A stretch of 46,465 nucleotides of DNA from an uncultured virus (IMG/VR IMGVR_UViG_2061766007_001087) (IMGVR_UViG_2061766007_001087), one strand, 5' to 3'; numbered from the stretch's first letter, positions 1-9,203 are shown. Numbers and translations: made by a program. The notes: generated by a model not told the origin, from the letters alone.

Positions 1-1255
1 CTATTGATACATAACCATAAGGTGCATCAGATATTGCAGTAAGACCAAGGTCTATTCTTAGCTTTGCTAAAAGACTCTCATAATCAACGGAAACTAGCCC
101 ACTTAATACACTCAAGTACTCACCTACTTGCATGATTCCCAGTTGCTGTTTAGAGGCTACTGGAAGCTCAATTTCGGGTATCTCTACTGGGTCTTGTGGG
201 TCTGGATCTTCACCAGTAATAATCTTATTTAGTACCTTGGTAATATACTTGTATATCGTATCACCGGTACAAGGATTCTCTGCTCCTTCTTCTACTTCAC
301 CATATTCAGGTAATAAATCATGTACAAAATGGTATATACCATCACTGGTTACTGGATTAGTACTTCCATCAGTTGGAGTATCATCAAAATCCATAGTTAA
401 ATGGATATCATGTATAGCTGCCCATACACCACCGGAAGTAACACCTTTCTCACTTCCTTCAGTAGGAGTTTCATCAAATGGTACATATTGTAAGAAATCA
501 TCTAATATACCATCTAATGCAGCCTGTATCTTTGCTAATACCCAGTCGCATCTGGCAATCTGTGCAGAATCATCTACAGTAGGGTAAGTAGTAAATGTTT
601 CTGTAGTAGTAGGATCTCCTGCATTAGGTTGTTTAATACCTACTGCATTCTCACCTAACTGTAATGCAATACCGGCTTCACCGGATTTAGTACGATAGAA
701 GTTAATTCTACCTATTTCCTTACAGCAGTGGTCAGCAAATATAATACTGCTCTCTAATCTTTCACCATGCCACATAGCAGGAGTATCAATACAGGAATGA
801 GGGTTTCTTAAAATAATATCATTACAGAAAGTCCATAAACCTTCTACTACACACCTGTCATCCAGTCTCGGATACTTCTTCAACTGTTCAATTAGCCACT
901 GTGCATAGTGTCTCTCCGGCATCAAATAATGCCCCAGTACAGGATCATGTGGAGGAGGATTAATAGCTTTCCTAGGTAATACTATAGGATGTCTTGCATT
1001 AGGGAATCTTGGCTGAGGAGGCACATTAGGTATGTGAGGAGGCATTGGACCCATAGGAGGATGTGGGTGTACGAAATAGGCTCTATTAGCATCATTTGGT
1101 TCAATATGAGGTGGAGGTGGAGGAGGACAATCACAGTCACAATCACACCCATAATTATCGTATCTCCCAGGTACCGGAGTATCATCTGGGTCTAACTCGT
1201 AATGAGTACAGTTAGGGTTTACCAGATACTCATCTCTAAATAATTTCTTTTTCAT
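1..1255 (-). CDS. Tail-fibre-like protein, 5' part (runs off the window start), with Cys/His/Pro-rich N-terminus
   Basis: Absent from the ORF track because there is no stop in the window. Manual translation from ATG at 1255 (SD AAGGAG upstream) stays open for about 418 codons: MKKKLFRDEYLVNPNC...GCDCDCDCPPPPPPH..., then tail-fibre-type motifs DDSAQIARCDWV, FDETPTEGSEKGVTSGGVWAAI, FDDTPTDGSTNPVTSDGIYHFV and LPVASKQQLGIMQVG. Confidence 0.75.
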   Translation of the reverse strand, partial: MKKKLFRDEYLVNPNCTHYELDPDDTPVPGRYDNYGCDCDCDCPPPPPPHIEPNDANRAYFVHPHPPMGPMPPHIPNVPPQPRFPNARHPIVLPRKAINPPPHDPVLGHYLMPERHYAQWLIEQLKKYPRLDDRCVVEGLWTFCNDIILRNPHSCIDTPAMWHGERLESSIIFADHCCKEIGRINFYRTKSGEAGIALQLGENAVGIKQPNAGDPTTTETFTTYPTVDDSAQIARCDWVLAKIQAALDGILDDFLQYVPFDETPTEGSEKGVTSGGVWAAIHDIHLTMDFDDTPTDGSTNPVTSDGIYHFVHDLLPEYGEVEEGAENPCTGDTIYKYITKVLNKIITGEDPDPQDPVEIPEIELPVASKQQLGIMQVGEYLSVLSGLVSVDYESLLAKLRIDLGLTAISDAPYGYVSI

Positions 1256-1256
1256 A

Positions 1257-1403
1257 TTACTCCTTTATATTAGTATCATCGTCCCTTTCTATCAGTACAC
1301 GATAATCAACACCATTTACAGTTACTCTGAGCTTAGTAGGAGCTAAATCCTCCAGAGCACAGAGTAAATAAAATATATTTGTATTTACGTACAGTATTTC
1401 CAT
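1257..1403 (-). CDS. 48-aa protein paralogous to the C-terminus of the upstream receptor-binding protein
   Basis: MEILYVNTNIFYLLCALEDLAPTKLRVTVNGVDYRVLIERDDDTNIKE*. The ATG abuts the upstream stop, and the ORF fills the gap between its two neighbours. Confidence 0.7.
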   Translation of the reverse strand: MEILYVNTNIFYLLCALEDLAPTKLRVTVNGVDYRVLIERDDDTNIKE

Positions 1404-2921
1404 TTACGTATCTAAATCGTGTTTAGTTAAAATTGAATAGGTAGTACCGTCTATCTTGGCTCTTAACCTAGATGGGTATAAACCAGTATTAGAAGCTAAT
1501 AAGTAATATAGATTGTTATTACGCTTTACATTAAGTTTTCTATGCCATACAGTAGGATACCCACTATATATGCTGATAGAACCTAATTTATATAAAGTTA
1601 AATCATGAGAACCATGATAAAAGCTAAAAGAGCAATCAGTACTTAAACGTAAATCATCCTGATTAAAGTCACCTGTATATCTTAAATTATTATTAATAAA
1701 TACTTTACAGACTACTCTTCTTTTTATTGGTTTAAACTCAAGATAAATAGTAAATTTATATGGAGTATCTAATTCAATATTAAATGCTTNNNNNNNNNNN
1801 NNNNNNNTGGTACAAAATACCCGTAAACTAAAATAAGAAGGTCTTTTTAATGGAGGATTATCTGGAGTTATATCAATTAAATAAAACATATAATTAGGTA
1901 CATCATACTCTNNNNNNNNNNNNNNNNNNNNNNNNNNNNNAAATTCAAGGCATAGTCTATTTTCTGAATTAGCTAGATTAAAATAATCAGTATTAGATGT
2001 TTTTATCCACATACTTGTACCATGCCCAGATGCATCATATGCTGATAATTTTTCATATACATAATCTTGAAAAAATTCATCATAATGAAAAGAGTAATAT
2101 CTACTTGGGTTAGAACCTCCATNNNNNNNNNNNNNNNNNNNNNNNNATTCAGTTATTAAATTTGGATTATACTGATCTGGTATAAGATATTGATTATAAG
2201 GATCACTATCAGCATCCATTAAAGTAGGGGTTATATCACCATCCACAATACCCTTAAAACTAATCTTTGCTTTAATACCAGATGCAAAATCATCTGGTAA
2301 TGGTGAATACGCTTTTAATATTTCATTTCCTGCATGAATCAAAATAGTGCTAAAACTGGTTATATTAGTTTTANNNNNNNNNNNNNNNNNNNNNNNNAGA
2401 ATTATCAGTAGTATCACCTAATACTGTTAAATCAGTTATTACAGTAACATTGGAGTTAGCACTTGTTCTAATTTCAGAATCTATACGTAAAATATAATAT
2501 GTAAAATTATTTGAAGTATCTACCCATAAACCAAACTTACAATGATGCCATTCATTATAATCAACTCTTATAACTATTGGTCTAGATTGATTACAATTNN
2601 NNNNNNNNNNNNNNNNNNNNNNNNNNNNNNNNNNNNAGCAGAAGATGATTTATTTAAACTAATTATTGGCATATAAGAACCAGAATAAGTAGTTGCTTTA
2701 AAATCAAATTCTAGATAAATATCATTTCCTGCAATTAGAGGTATTTCTGGGTAATAGAAATAATAACCAGTACTGGTATTATTTACTGCATGTAATGAAT
2801 AATCATCTAATTCACTATCATATACAAATGTAGTATCACTTCTTCCTTCTCCAGAATAAGTACCTACTCTTGGAGTAAGACTATTCTGTAAGGGTATATC
2901 AAGTACTGTTACTTCACTCAT
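1404..2921 (-). CDS. Putative receptor-binding/tail protein with beta-rich (LamG/concanavalin-like) domains
   Basis: Track ORFs 2574..2948 and 1404..2417 join across N-runs (linking frame NCNQSRPIVIRVDYNEWHHCKFGLWVD...). Start MSEVTVLDIPL at 2921 overlaps the upstream stop. Aromatic, beta-strand-rich composition and tail-module position. The fold is inferred. Confidence 0.55.
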
Positions 2922-3990
2922 TTGATTCACACCATATTTCAGTACCATCAGGTAATACTAAATGTCCCTGAGAATTATATCTAGGTATCTTACCTGCTTC
3001 ATTTGCTACTTCAGAAGTTTCTACATAATCAGACATATCTGGTAAATCAGAAGAAGTAAGGAAGTTAGATGAATAATTAGCTAAAGTACTTTCAAAGTTA
3101 CCTGTAGTAATTAAATCAGAGATATTAAATAATACTTTATTACCAGCACATACGTAATTCATCCCACTATAAGGATTTGTATATCCTAAAGGTTGATAAG
3201 GCAAAAGATAAGATATTTTTTCATAATCACCTGTAGGAGAAGGTATATCTATCTGATAGAAGGAAGTAGTACCNNNNNNNNNNNNNNNNNNNNNNNNNNG
3301 TGATTCAATTAAATCAGTACTAATTAATTCACTTGCATCTCCAGTAACTACATTCTCTGGTAACTCAACAGGTGTACTAGGAGTACTTGGTTGTATACTG
3401 GAAGATTCACCAGAACCTCCGGTAACTACAGTAGAATTGATTGCAGGAAGAATCTCAGTAAATGTTTGTTCNNNNNNNNNNNNNNNNNNNNNNNNNNNTA
3501 CTGTAGTTGCATCTACTACAAATATATTATTACTATCTACAGTAATTTCTCGAGAAATGTTTCTATCTTTGGAGTAAACCTTAAATTTACTGATATCTCT
3601 TATCTTAGGTAACAGGAATGTATATACCAGATAACTTACTGTACCATCTTGATTTGGTACTTCTATCGTATCTTTATAATAGAATCTGGTATAACTGAAG
3701 TCTCCCATAATATGGGTAGCAAGTATCTGCATATCTTTAATACTTCTTGGGCTATATCCCAGTGTATCCAGATACTCTTCTCTGAAAGATATGCCATAGT
3801 AGTTACTGCATTTAAATGCATTAGTAAAAAACTCTGGTTTCTTGTCCAGAGCATACAGCATATCTCTTAAATTCATTAACTCAGGTAATCTCTGATATAC
3901 CTCTTCCACAATAGCAAAAGCCGTATTAGGAAGGTGATGGTGTACCAAATTAGAGAAACCTGTTACTGATGGTATAGGCATTATATCCAA
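2914..3990 (-). CDS. Putative tail/virion protein
   Basis: 358-aa ORF coupled to both neighbours, with an S/T/P-rich linker. It occupies the position of tail genes downstream of the gp67-like gene in N4-like phages. Confidence 0.5.
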   Translation of the reverse strand: MDIMPIPSVTGFSNLVHHHLPNTAFAIVEEVYQRLPELMNLRDMLYALDKKPEFFTNAFKCSNYYGISFREEYLDTLGYSPRSIKDMQILATHIMGDFSYTRFYYKDTIEVPNQDGTVSYLVYTFLLPKIRDISKFKVYSKDRNISREITVDSNNIFVVDATTVXXXXXXXXXEQTFTEILPAINSTVVTGGSGESSSIQPSTPSTPVELPENVVTGDASELISTDLIESXXXXXXXXXGTTSFYQIDIPSPTGDYEKISYLLPYQPLGYTNPYSGMNYVCAGNKVLFNISDLITTGNFESTLANYSSNFLTSSDLPDMSDYVETSEVANEAGKIPRYNSQGHLVLPDGTEIWCESNE

Positions 3991-4664
3991 CCTCCTCTAA
4001 TAGGTTTTATATTAGTTACTGTATTACAATTAGGTATAAGATTAAATTCTTTCACCTTTTCACATTCTGCGTCGTATTTACCCAGATAATTGGCTGCTTG
4101 TTTCATAGCTGCCTCATCTGACCTGGTACCGAACATACGGGAAGATACATAAGCAAGTAGAGCCTCCAGTAAATACTCAGGTACTAACAAAGGACTATTC
4201 TCATCTGTAATTACAGGGTGATTAGCCTGGTAAATAAATATAGCCAGTTCCCCACAGTACAGTGTATCTGGAATCTGTATCGTATTTCCACTTACAAAGA
4301 AGGTATTGGTAGGTCTGGAGTAATCATTTAACATTACTTCTCTACCATCTCCGGTATATCCACTTCTAATGGAAATTACATCATTGGTAAATGGATCCTC
4401 CAGTGTATCCAGTATATACCGGTACAGTTCGGTAGACTCTCTGTTACTTACCGCATATCTGCGGTCTAATACGTAATTTGATATATGAGGGAATCTCTGG
4501 ATAATTACCTGTTTCTCAATTAAGGGAAACCTGGTATAAAGAGTAGTTAGAGCAATCCGGATATTAGACATAAGCATGTCTAAATCATCTGGATCACTAA
4601 ACTTATCGTAGGCGGTAGCTAGTTCCCCATTTTCTAGATAGTGTATAAAATCTCTCACTAACAT
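3981..4664 (-). CDS. N4 gp67-like virion structural (head-tail adaptor) protein
   Basis: 227 aa, directly downstream of terL. Motifs ALTTLYTRFPL and LLEALLAYVSSRMF resemble the N4 gp67 family. Confidence 0.7.
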   Translation of the reverse strand: MLVRDFIHYLENGELATAYDKFSDPDDLDMLMSNIRIALTTLYTRFPLIEKQVIIQRFPHISNYVLDRRYAVSNRESTELYRYILDTLEDPFTNDVISIRSGYTGDGREVMLNDYSRPTNTFFVSGNTIQIPDTLYCGELAIFIYQANHPVITDENSPLLVPEYLLEALLAYVSSRMFGTRSDEAAMKQAANYLGKYDAECEKVKEFNLIPNCNTVTNIKPIRGGWI

Positions 4665-4672
4665 AGTAGCAC

Positions 4673-6249
4673 CTATACAATGTATGAATCTAGTGGGGAT
4701 ACTTCATTATATACATAAGAATCTGTTATATCAAAGCAATTATTTTCATAATTTGCAGTGAGTTCTACAGCAGCTTCTGGTTTATACATCTGATTATACA
4801 TATCACCCAGCATAGATATAGTATCTATAGCATCATCATGTTTGCTCTTAAACCCGGCAGCAGAGATTAAACTAAGTTCATTTACAATCTCTACTACTCT
4901 TGGGTCTTCTTTGTACTCAACAGGGAAATACACCTTATTTAACTTAAACCAAGGTAAGACTACATTGAATCTGGTTAACTTATCTTTAACTGGTCTAATA
5001 CCTACTGTATTACCTGTTTTAGCTAAATTAAAGTATATATTTCTTTGTACCATTAAATCAATAATGGTAGATACAAATCCTCCCTGTTGACCAGTAATTT
5101 CTATACCAACAAGTAGTGGTCTATACATCTGTACGAACATGAATAAATCATCATAGTTCTTATTCATATACTGACGTTTAACTATACCATCTACCCAGAA
5201 GAAATCACCATTACAGGAGTATGCCCATACACTAATTACAGAATAATCTGCAGAGTCTTNNNNNNNNNNNNNNNNNNNNNNNNNNNNNNNNNNNTAGTAA
5301 TATAGAAATTATAGTTATCTTTTCTTGGAAGAAGGGTAGTACGTTTATACCACATAATATCTGCATCACTAACGAGTCTATCTTCTTCTGACATAATTCG
5401 GAGCATAAGTTCCTGGTTAAAAGAATTGATAGCTCCGAGTCGCATTGCTTCATTGTACTGTCTTTGTACATATTCATATGGAAATCTATCCTCCCAGGAA
5501 CCTCTAAACTCTTCCTTGGTACAAGGAAACTTCTCACATATCGGGTATACATTTACATTATATACACCGGATTCTACTGCCTTATATAACGGGTCTTTCT
5601 TATTAAATGGGGTACCATTCCATATAATCTTACTATGAGGATGCATAGCATATTTAACTGCTTTATTTAAAGTATCCTCTATAGATTTAAGTACCAATGC
5701 ACTTCGTGCATCTTCATCAGACAGTAAATCATCCAGTATCAATAACTGAGGTCTGGTACCTAATTTCTTAGTACCACGAATACCGGTTTTAGCACCGAAT
5801 GCATCTACTACAAAGTGTTTACCATCGGCATTGGTAAACTCCCAACTAGTTTCAGTAAACTTAACTTGAGGTAAGTATTTCTTAAGGAATGGTGAATTAT
5901 TATATCTAANNNNNNNNNNNNNNNNNNNNNNNNNNNNNNNNNNNNNNNNNNNNNNNNNNNNNNNNNNAATCTCACCAAAGTTAGGTAACTCATTAAAGCA
6001 GGCTATATACAGGAAGAAGTATTCTCCGAAGACGGTAGTCTTGGCTATACCCCGGTGACAGAGATTAGCAGTATTACCCTCCTTAACTACATTATCCAAC
6101 ATGTGATAATGTACTATAGGAGTTTTATTCTCTTCTCCTTCCGGACNNNNNNNNNNNNNNNNNNNNNNNNNNNNNNNNNNNNNNNNNNNNNNNNNNNNNN
6201 NNNNNNNNNNNTCAGATAAGTATTCATCTACTGTTTTACTCTCGTTCAT
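4673..6249 (-). CDS. terL: Terminase large subunit (N4 gp68-like)
   Basis: Walker A-like HRGIAKTT, GIRGTK, Walker B LLILDD, WNGTPF and nuclease KHDDAIDTISML. The two track ORFs join across the N-run at about 5260-5294 (DSADYSVISVWAYSCNGDFFWVDG...). Confidence 0.93.
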
Positions 6250-6877
6250 AGAATTCTCCTTCTATGACTAAATCTCTCTCAGCAATCTCTTTAGCAGACA
6301 TACAACCAGATGCAATTAACTTCTTCTGAGTCTCTACTAAATCTTTTAAACTTGCTTTTAAATCCAGCATAGAATCAGTATCTTTCTGGTTTATATTTAA
6401 ATCTATCTTTTGTTCTNNNNNNNNNNNNNNNNNNNNNNNNNNAGCAGCGAAACTAGCTTTAGGATTACACATAATCTCTGCCTGGGTATTAATAGCTTTC
6501 TGATAAATATCCTGATTTAGTAACCAGGAAGGTATAAGCATCTTTTCAGTTATATTATTTACTAACTTAGTTTTATTATAGATACTTATATAACTGGCTA
6601 TCTTATTATCTTCTAAGTTATTTTCTATCCACTTAGCATATCTCTCTGGGAATACTTTACTATATGCTAATCTACAAGTATCTCCCATTGCTTTATAAGA
6701 TACATATTTAATAGCANNNNNNNNNNNNNNNNNNNTATAAGATACTATATTCTCTTTAAATACATCTCCTAATGATTCATCATTAATGAGATTATTAATA
6801 TCATTGATTACTTCATCACTTACCTTATTTCTTATCTTAGAAGGTAATGCACATATTAACTGATCTTTAGTAATCAT
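6236..6877 (-). CDS. N4 gp69-like protein (candidate terminase small subunit)
   Basis: Start MITKDQLICALP at 6877 with AGGAG SD. Motifs AIKYVSYKAMG and LLNQDIYQKAINTQAEIM. Overlaps the terL start, as in N4-like synteny. Confidence 0.75.
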   Translation of the reverse strand: MITKDQLICALPSKIRNKVSDEVINDINNLINDESLGDVFKENIVSYXXXXXXXAIKYVSYKAMGDTCRLAYSKVFPERYAKWIENNLEDNKIASYISIYNKTKLVNNITEKMLIPSWLLNQDIYQKAINTQAEIMCNPKASFAAXXXXXXXXXEQKIDLNINQKDTDSMLDLKASLKDLVETQKKLIASGCMSAKEIAERDLVIEGEFYERE

Positions 6878-6948
6878 ATTAATACTCCTATATAATATAT
6901 TATTTATCTCCGGAGGGAGGGCTACCTTTTTCGTTTGCCAGCAAACGT

Positions 6949-6977
6949 AGTTTACTTCGGATTTTAACACCTGTCAA
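6949..6977 (-). promoter_or_regulatory. Sigma70-type promoter for the gp69/terL operon
   Basis: Minus strand TTGACA (6977-6972), 17-nt spacer, TAAACT (6954-6949). N4 late genes are transcribed by host sigma70 RNAP. Confidence 0.75.
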
Positions 6978-7071
6978 CGGGGTTTTCAAAATTCTTAGGG
7001 AATATTTTTAATTTTTGTGTGAAGGTAATGTAACTGATTACTGAACAAGATAGGGGGATACCCCCCCCCCT

Positions 7072-7089
7072 ATTAAAATTTCTCGGTAG
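7072..7089 (+). promoter_or_regulatory. Phage promoter-like motif copy 1
   Basis: ATTAAAATTTCTCGGTAG, overlapped by the hairpin CTCGGTAGT-ATTC-ACTACCGAG (7082-7103). Confidence 0.7.
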
Positions 7090-7116
7090 TATTCACTACC
7101 GAGGAGGGAACAAGCC

Positions 7117-7203
7117 ATGATGTGGGCTTTCTTAATAATCATCGTTCTGAAGTTCGGCAAGCGTCTAGTAGACATACTAGACAAACTTGTCAGCGAGAAG
7201 TAA
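7117..7203 (+). CDS. 28-aa hydrophobic peptide, first early ORF
   Basis: MMWAFLIIIVLKFGKRLVDILDKLVSEK*, with SD GAGGAGG, lying between a promoter motif and a terminator. Confidence 0.65.
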   Translation: MMWAFLIIIVLKFGKRLVDILDKLVSEK

Positions 7204-7210
7204 GAACTTT

Positions 7211-7235
7211 AGGGAGCAAATGCTCCCTTTTTTTT
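7211..7235 (+). terminator. Rho-independent terminator
   Basis: AGGGAGC-AAAT-GCTCCCT followed by a T-run. Confidence 0.85.
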
Positions 7236-7971
7236 CAAACTCCAATACTTTCCCTTTATCCTCTATGATAGGGGAAGACAGAGTTTATCCCACTTTTTGG
7301 GTTATTCTCCTTATATCTTATTTGTGTATGAATACCTATATCCTCACAATAAACTAATTGATTAAATTAACCCTGCTTCGCTTAAGGGTTAATNNNNNNN
7401 NNNNNNNNNNNNNNNNNNNNNNNNNNNNNNNNNNNNNNNNNNNNNNNNNNNNNNNNNNNNNNNNNNNNNNNNNNNNNNNNNNNNNNNNNNNNNNNNNNNN
7501 NNNNNNNNNNNNNNNNNNNNNNNNNNNNNNNNNNNNNNNNNNNNNNNNNNNNNNNNNNNNNNNNNNNNNNNNNNNNNNNNNNNNNNNNNNNNNNNNNNNN
7601 NNNNNNNNNNNNNNNNNNNNNNNNNNNNNNNNNNNNNNNNNNNNNNNNNNNNNNNNNNNNNNNNNNNNNNNNNNNNNNNNNNNNNNNNNNNNNNNNNNNN
7701 NNNNNNNNNNNNNNNNNNNNNNNNNNNNNNNNNNNNNNNNNNNNNNNNNNNNNNNNNNNNNNNNNNNNNNNNNNNNNNNNNNNNNNNNNNNNNNNNNNNN
7801 NNNNNNNNNNNNNNNNNNNNNNNNNNNNNNNNNNNNNNNNNNNNNNNCATCATATTCGACGGTCCTGTAGAGGACTGGTTCGATGATGACGACGAATAAT
7901 CATTGAACCAGTTTGCAGTTATCGCTCTGCGTTACCAAAAGCGTGTTCATTAATTTAATAGGAGTATTATT

Positions 7972-8215
7972 ATGCGTGACTTCATATTTGATAATTTTGA
8001 GGAGGAAGAAAAAGATGCTCTCCTCAATAATGTTTCAGTTGTTAAACCAACTGANNNNNNNNNNNNNNNNNNNTGAAGAAAAATATGTTGAATCAGTCAG
8101 TTTGGATAAACTAACTGACGAACAGCAAGACAAACTTTTCACCGTGTTAGGTGAGGGTTTGAATAAGATTCTCAAGGGTCTCGCCAGTTTTGACGATGAC
8201 GATATTCCATTCTAA
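7972..8215 (+). CDS. Small acidic early protein with SSB-Ct-like tail (FDDDDIPF)
   Basis: AGGAG SD then ATG at 7972 (MRDFIFDNFEEEEKDALLNN...). Joins across an N-run to ...KGLASFDDDDIPF*. Confidence 0.75.
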
Positions 8216-8263
8216 ATGTAGCAGGCATCGGTATATCCGTGTAAGTCCTGCTACATTTTTTTT
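8214..8263 (+). repeat. UAAGY-bulged hairpin copy 1 (terminator-like)
   Basis: AAATGTAGCAGG-CA-t-CGG-tatat-CCG-TG-TAAGT-CCTGCTACATTT followed by a T-run. Confidence 0.8.
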
Positions 8264-8329
8264 AATCTTTTGGTAAGTAAATAGTAGTAAGGCTAACATC
8301 ATGCTTGATACATTCTACTTACCATCAGC

Positions 8330-8347
8330 AATAAAATTTCTCGGTAG
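8330..8347 (+). promoter_or_regulatory. Phage promoter-like motif copy 2
   Basis: AATAAAATTTCTCGGTAG. Confidence 0.75.
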
Positions 8348-8672
8348 AAACAGGTCCTCGTTTAGCGACGCGAGAATAAATAATGTTGCCATCGTAGACA
8401 GTTTGAGTTGGCATTCTGATACAAAAATGCTAACACCGATTCCGCTACGGGATATTAGCGGACGTCGTTCGGTAACATTGCGACGTTATAGACAAAAGTT
8501 ACCTACCCTAGACAACGCTGAGGGCGAACTGCAACGTCTAGGTTAGTGAAAACCGGTTTTCCTGATGTTTCCGGATACAAAAAACGACGTCCCGCTCAGT
8601 TTAATGGCATTGCTGAGTGATTGAGCAAAAACCATTCGTCTTTGGCACCTAGACGTAAAAATAAGGTGTACC
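8348..8672 (+). ncRNA. Candidate large structured non-coding RNA (3' end probably in the N-run 8673-8739)
   Basis: No SD-led ORF. At least seven helices, a 10-bp long-range closing helix (8460-8469/8583-8592) and two tandem H-type pseudoknots. Flanked by promoter motifs at 8330 and 8757. Confidence 0.7.
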
Positions 8673-8756
8673 NNNNNNNNNNNNNNNNNNNNNNNNNNNN
8701 NNNNNNNNNNNNNNNNNNNNNNNNNNNNNNNNNNNNNNNTTCATTACTTGAGAGAA

Positions 8757-8774
8757 AATAAACTTTCTTCATAG
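8757..8774 (+). promoter_or_regulatory. Phage promoter-like motif copy 3
   Basis: AATAAACTTTCTTCATAG followed by the hairpin GAGGTTGCTA-GAGA-TAGCAACTTC. Confidence 0.65.
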
Positions 8775-8830
8775 GCGAGGTTGCTAGAGATAGCAACTTC
8801 ATATGTTAATTTATTTTTATGGAGGTCGCT

Positions 8831-9200
8831 ATGACTACAATTTATACATCTTATTACACAAATATACGTAATTTAAATGCTGACTACTATAGAGTCAGCA
8901 TCTCNNNNNNNNNNNNNNNNTGTAGTAGATGAAAGGGTGCAATTACTTGCACCACCTGCTCATACATTATGGGCACATAAGAATGGGCAGATAAATAATG
9001 CTCAATATACAGAACAGTACATTGAGCATTTAAATGCTCACCATGAACAAGTCATTGAAGTCATGAGACAAATATGGCGAAATGCACATGGTCGGAACAT
9101 TGTGCTCTTATGCTGGGAGAGCAAATCGAAATTCTGCCACCGTCACCTGTTTGCTGATTGGTTCTATCGGCAAACAGGATACCGAATTGAGGAACTGTAA
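8831..9200 (+). CDS. DUF488-family protein
   Basis: GGAGG SD and ATG at 8831 (MTTIYTSYYTNIRNLNADYYRVSIS). Joins across the N-run to LLAPP...IVLLCWESKSKFCHRHLFADW, carrying the LLCxE...CHR signature of DUF488. Confidence 0.8.
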
Positions 9201-9203
9201 GGT

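Noticed and set aside
132..1195. Track ORFs 132..587, 982..1185 and 989..1195, and similar antisense ORFs opposite core genes
   Set aside because: They are shadow ORFs overlapping the long minus-strand fibre gene or other well-supported genes, with no SD and no recognisable motifs.
4673..6249. Split or frameshifted terminase (likewise RNAP1, RNAP2, helicase, primase, Sak4-like, dUTPase and vRNAP fragments)
   Set aside because: Every frame change coincides with an N-run and conserved sequence resumes immediately after it. These are gap-length artefacts, not programmed frameshifts or pseudogenes.
8384..8434. tmRNA call for the structured RNA (frame ...QFELAF* with the stop in a hairpin loop, followed by pseudoknots)
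   Set aside because: No tRNA-like 5' end or T-arm/CCA is visible, and the resume-codon context is out of frame. It cannot be fully excluded because the 3' end is in Ns, so it is left as a cmscan/ARAGORN test.
8301..8546. 81-aa track ORF
   Set aside because: No SD, it runs through a promoter motif, and it overlaps the densely paired RNA. Probably spurious.
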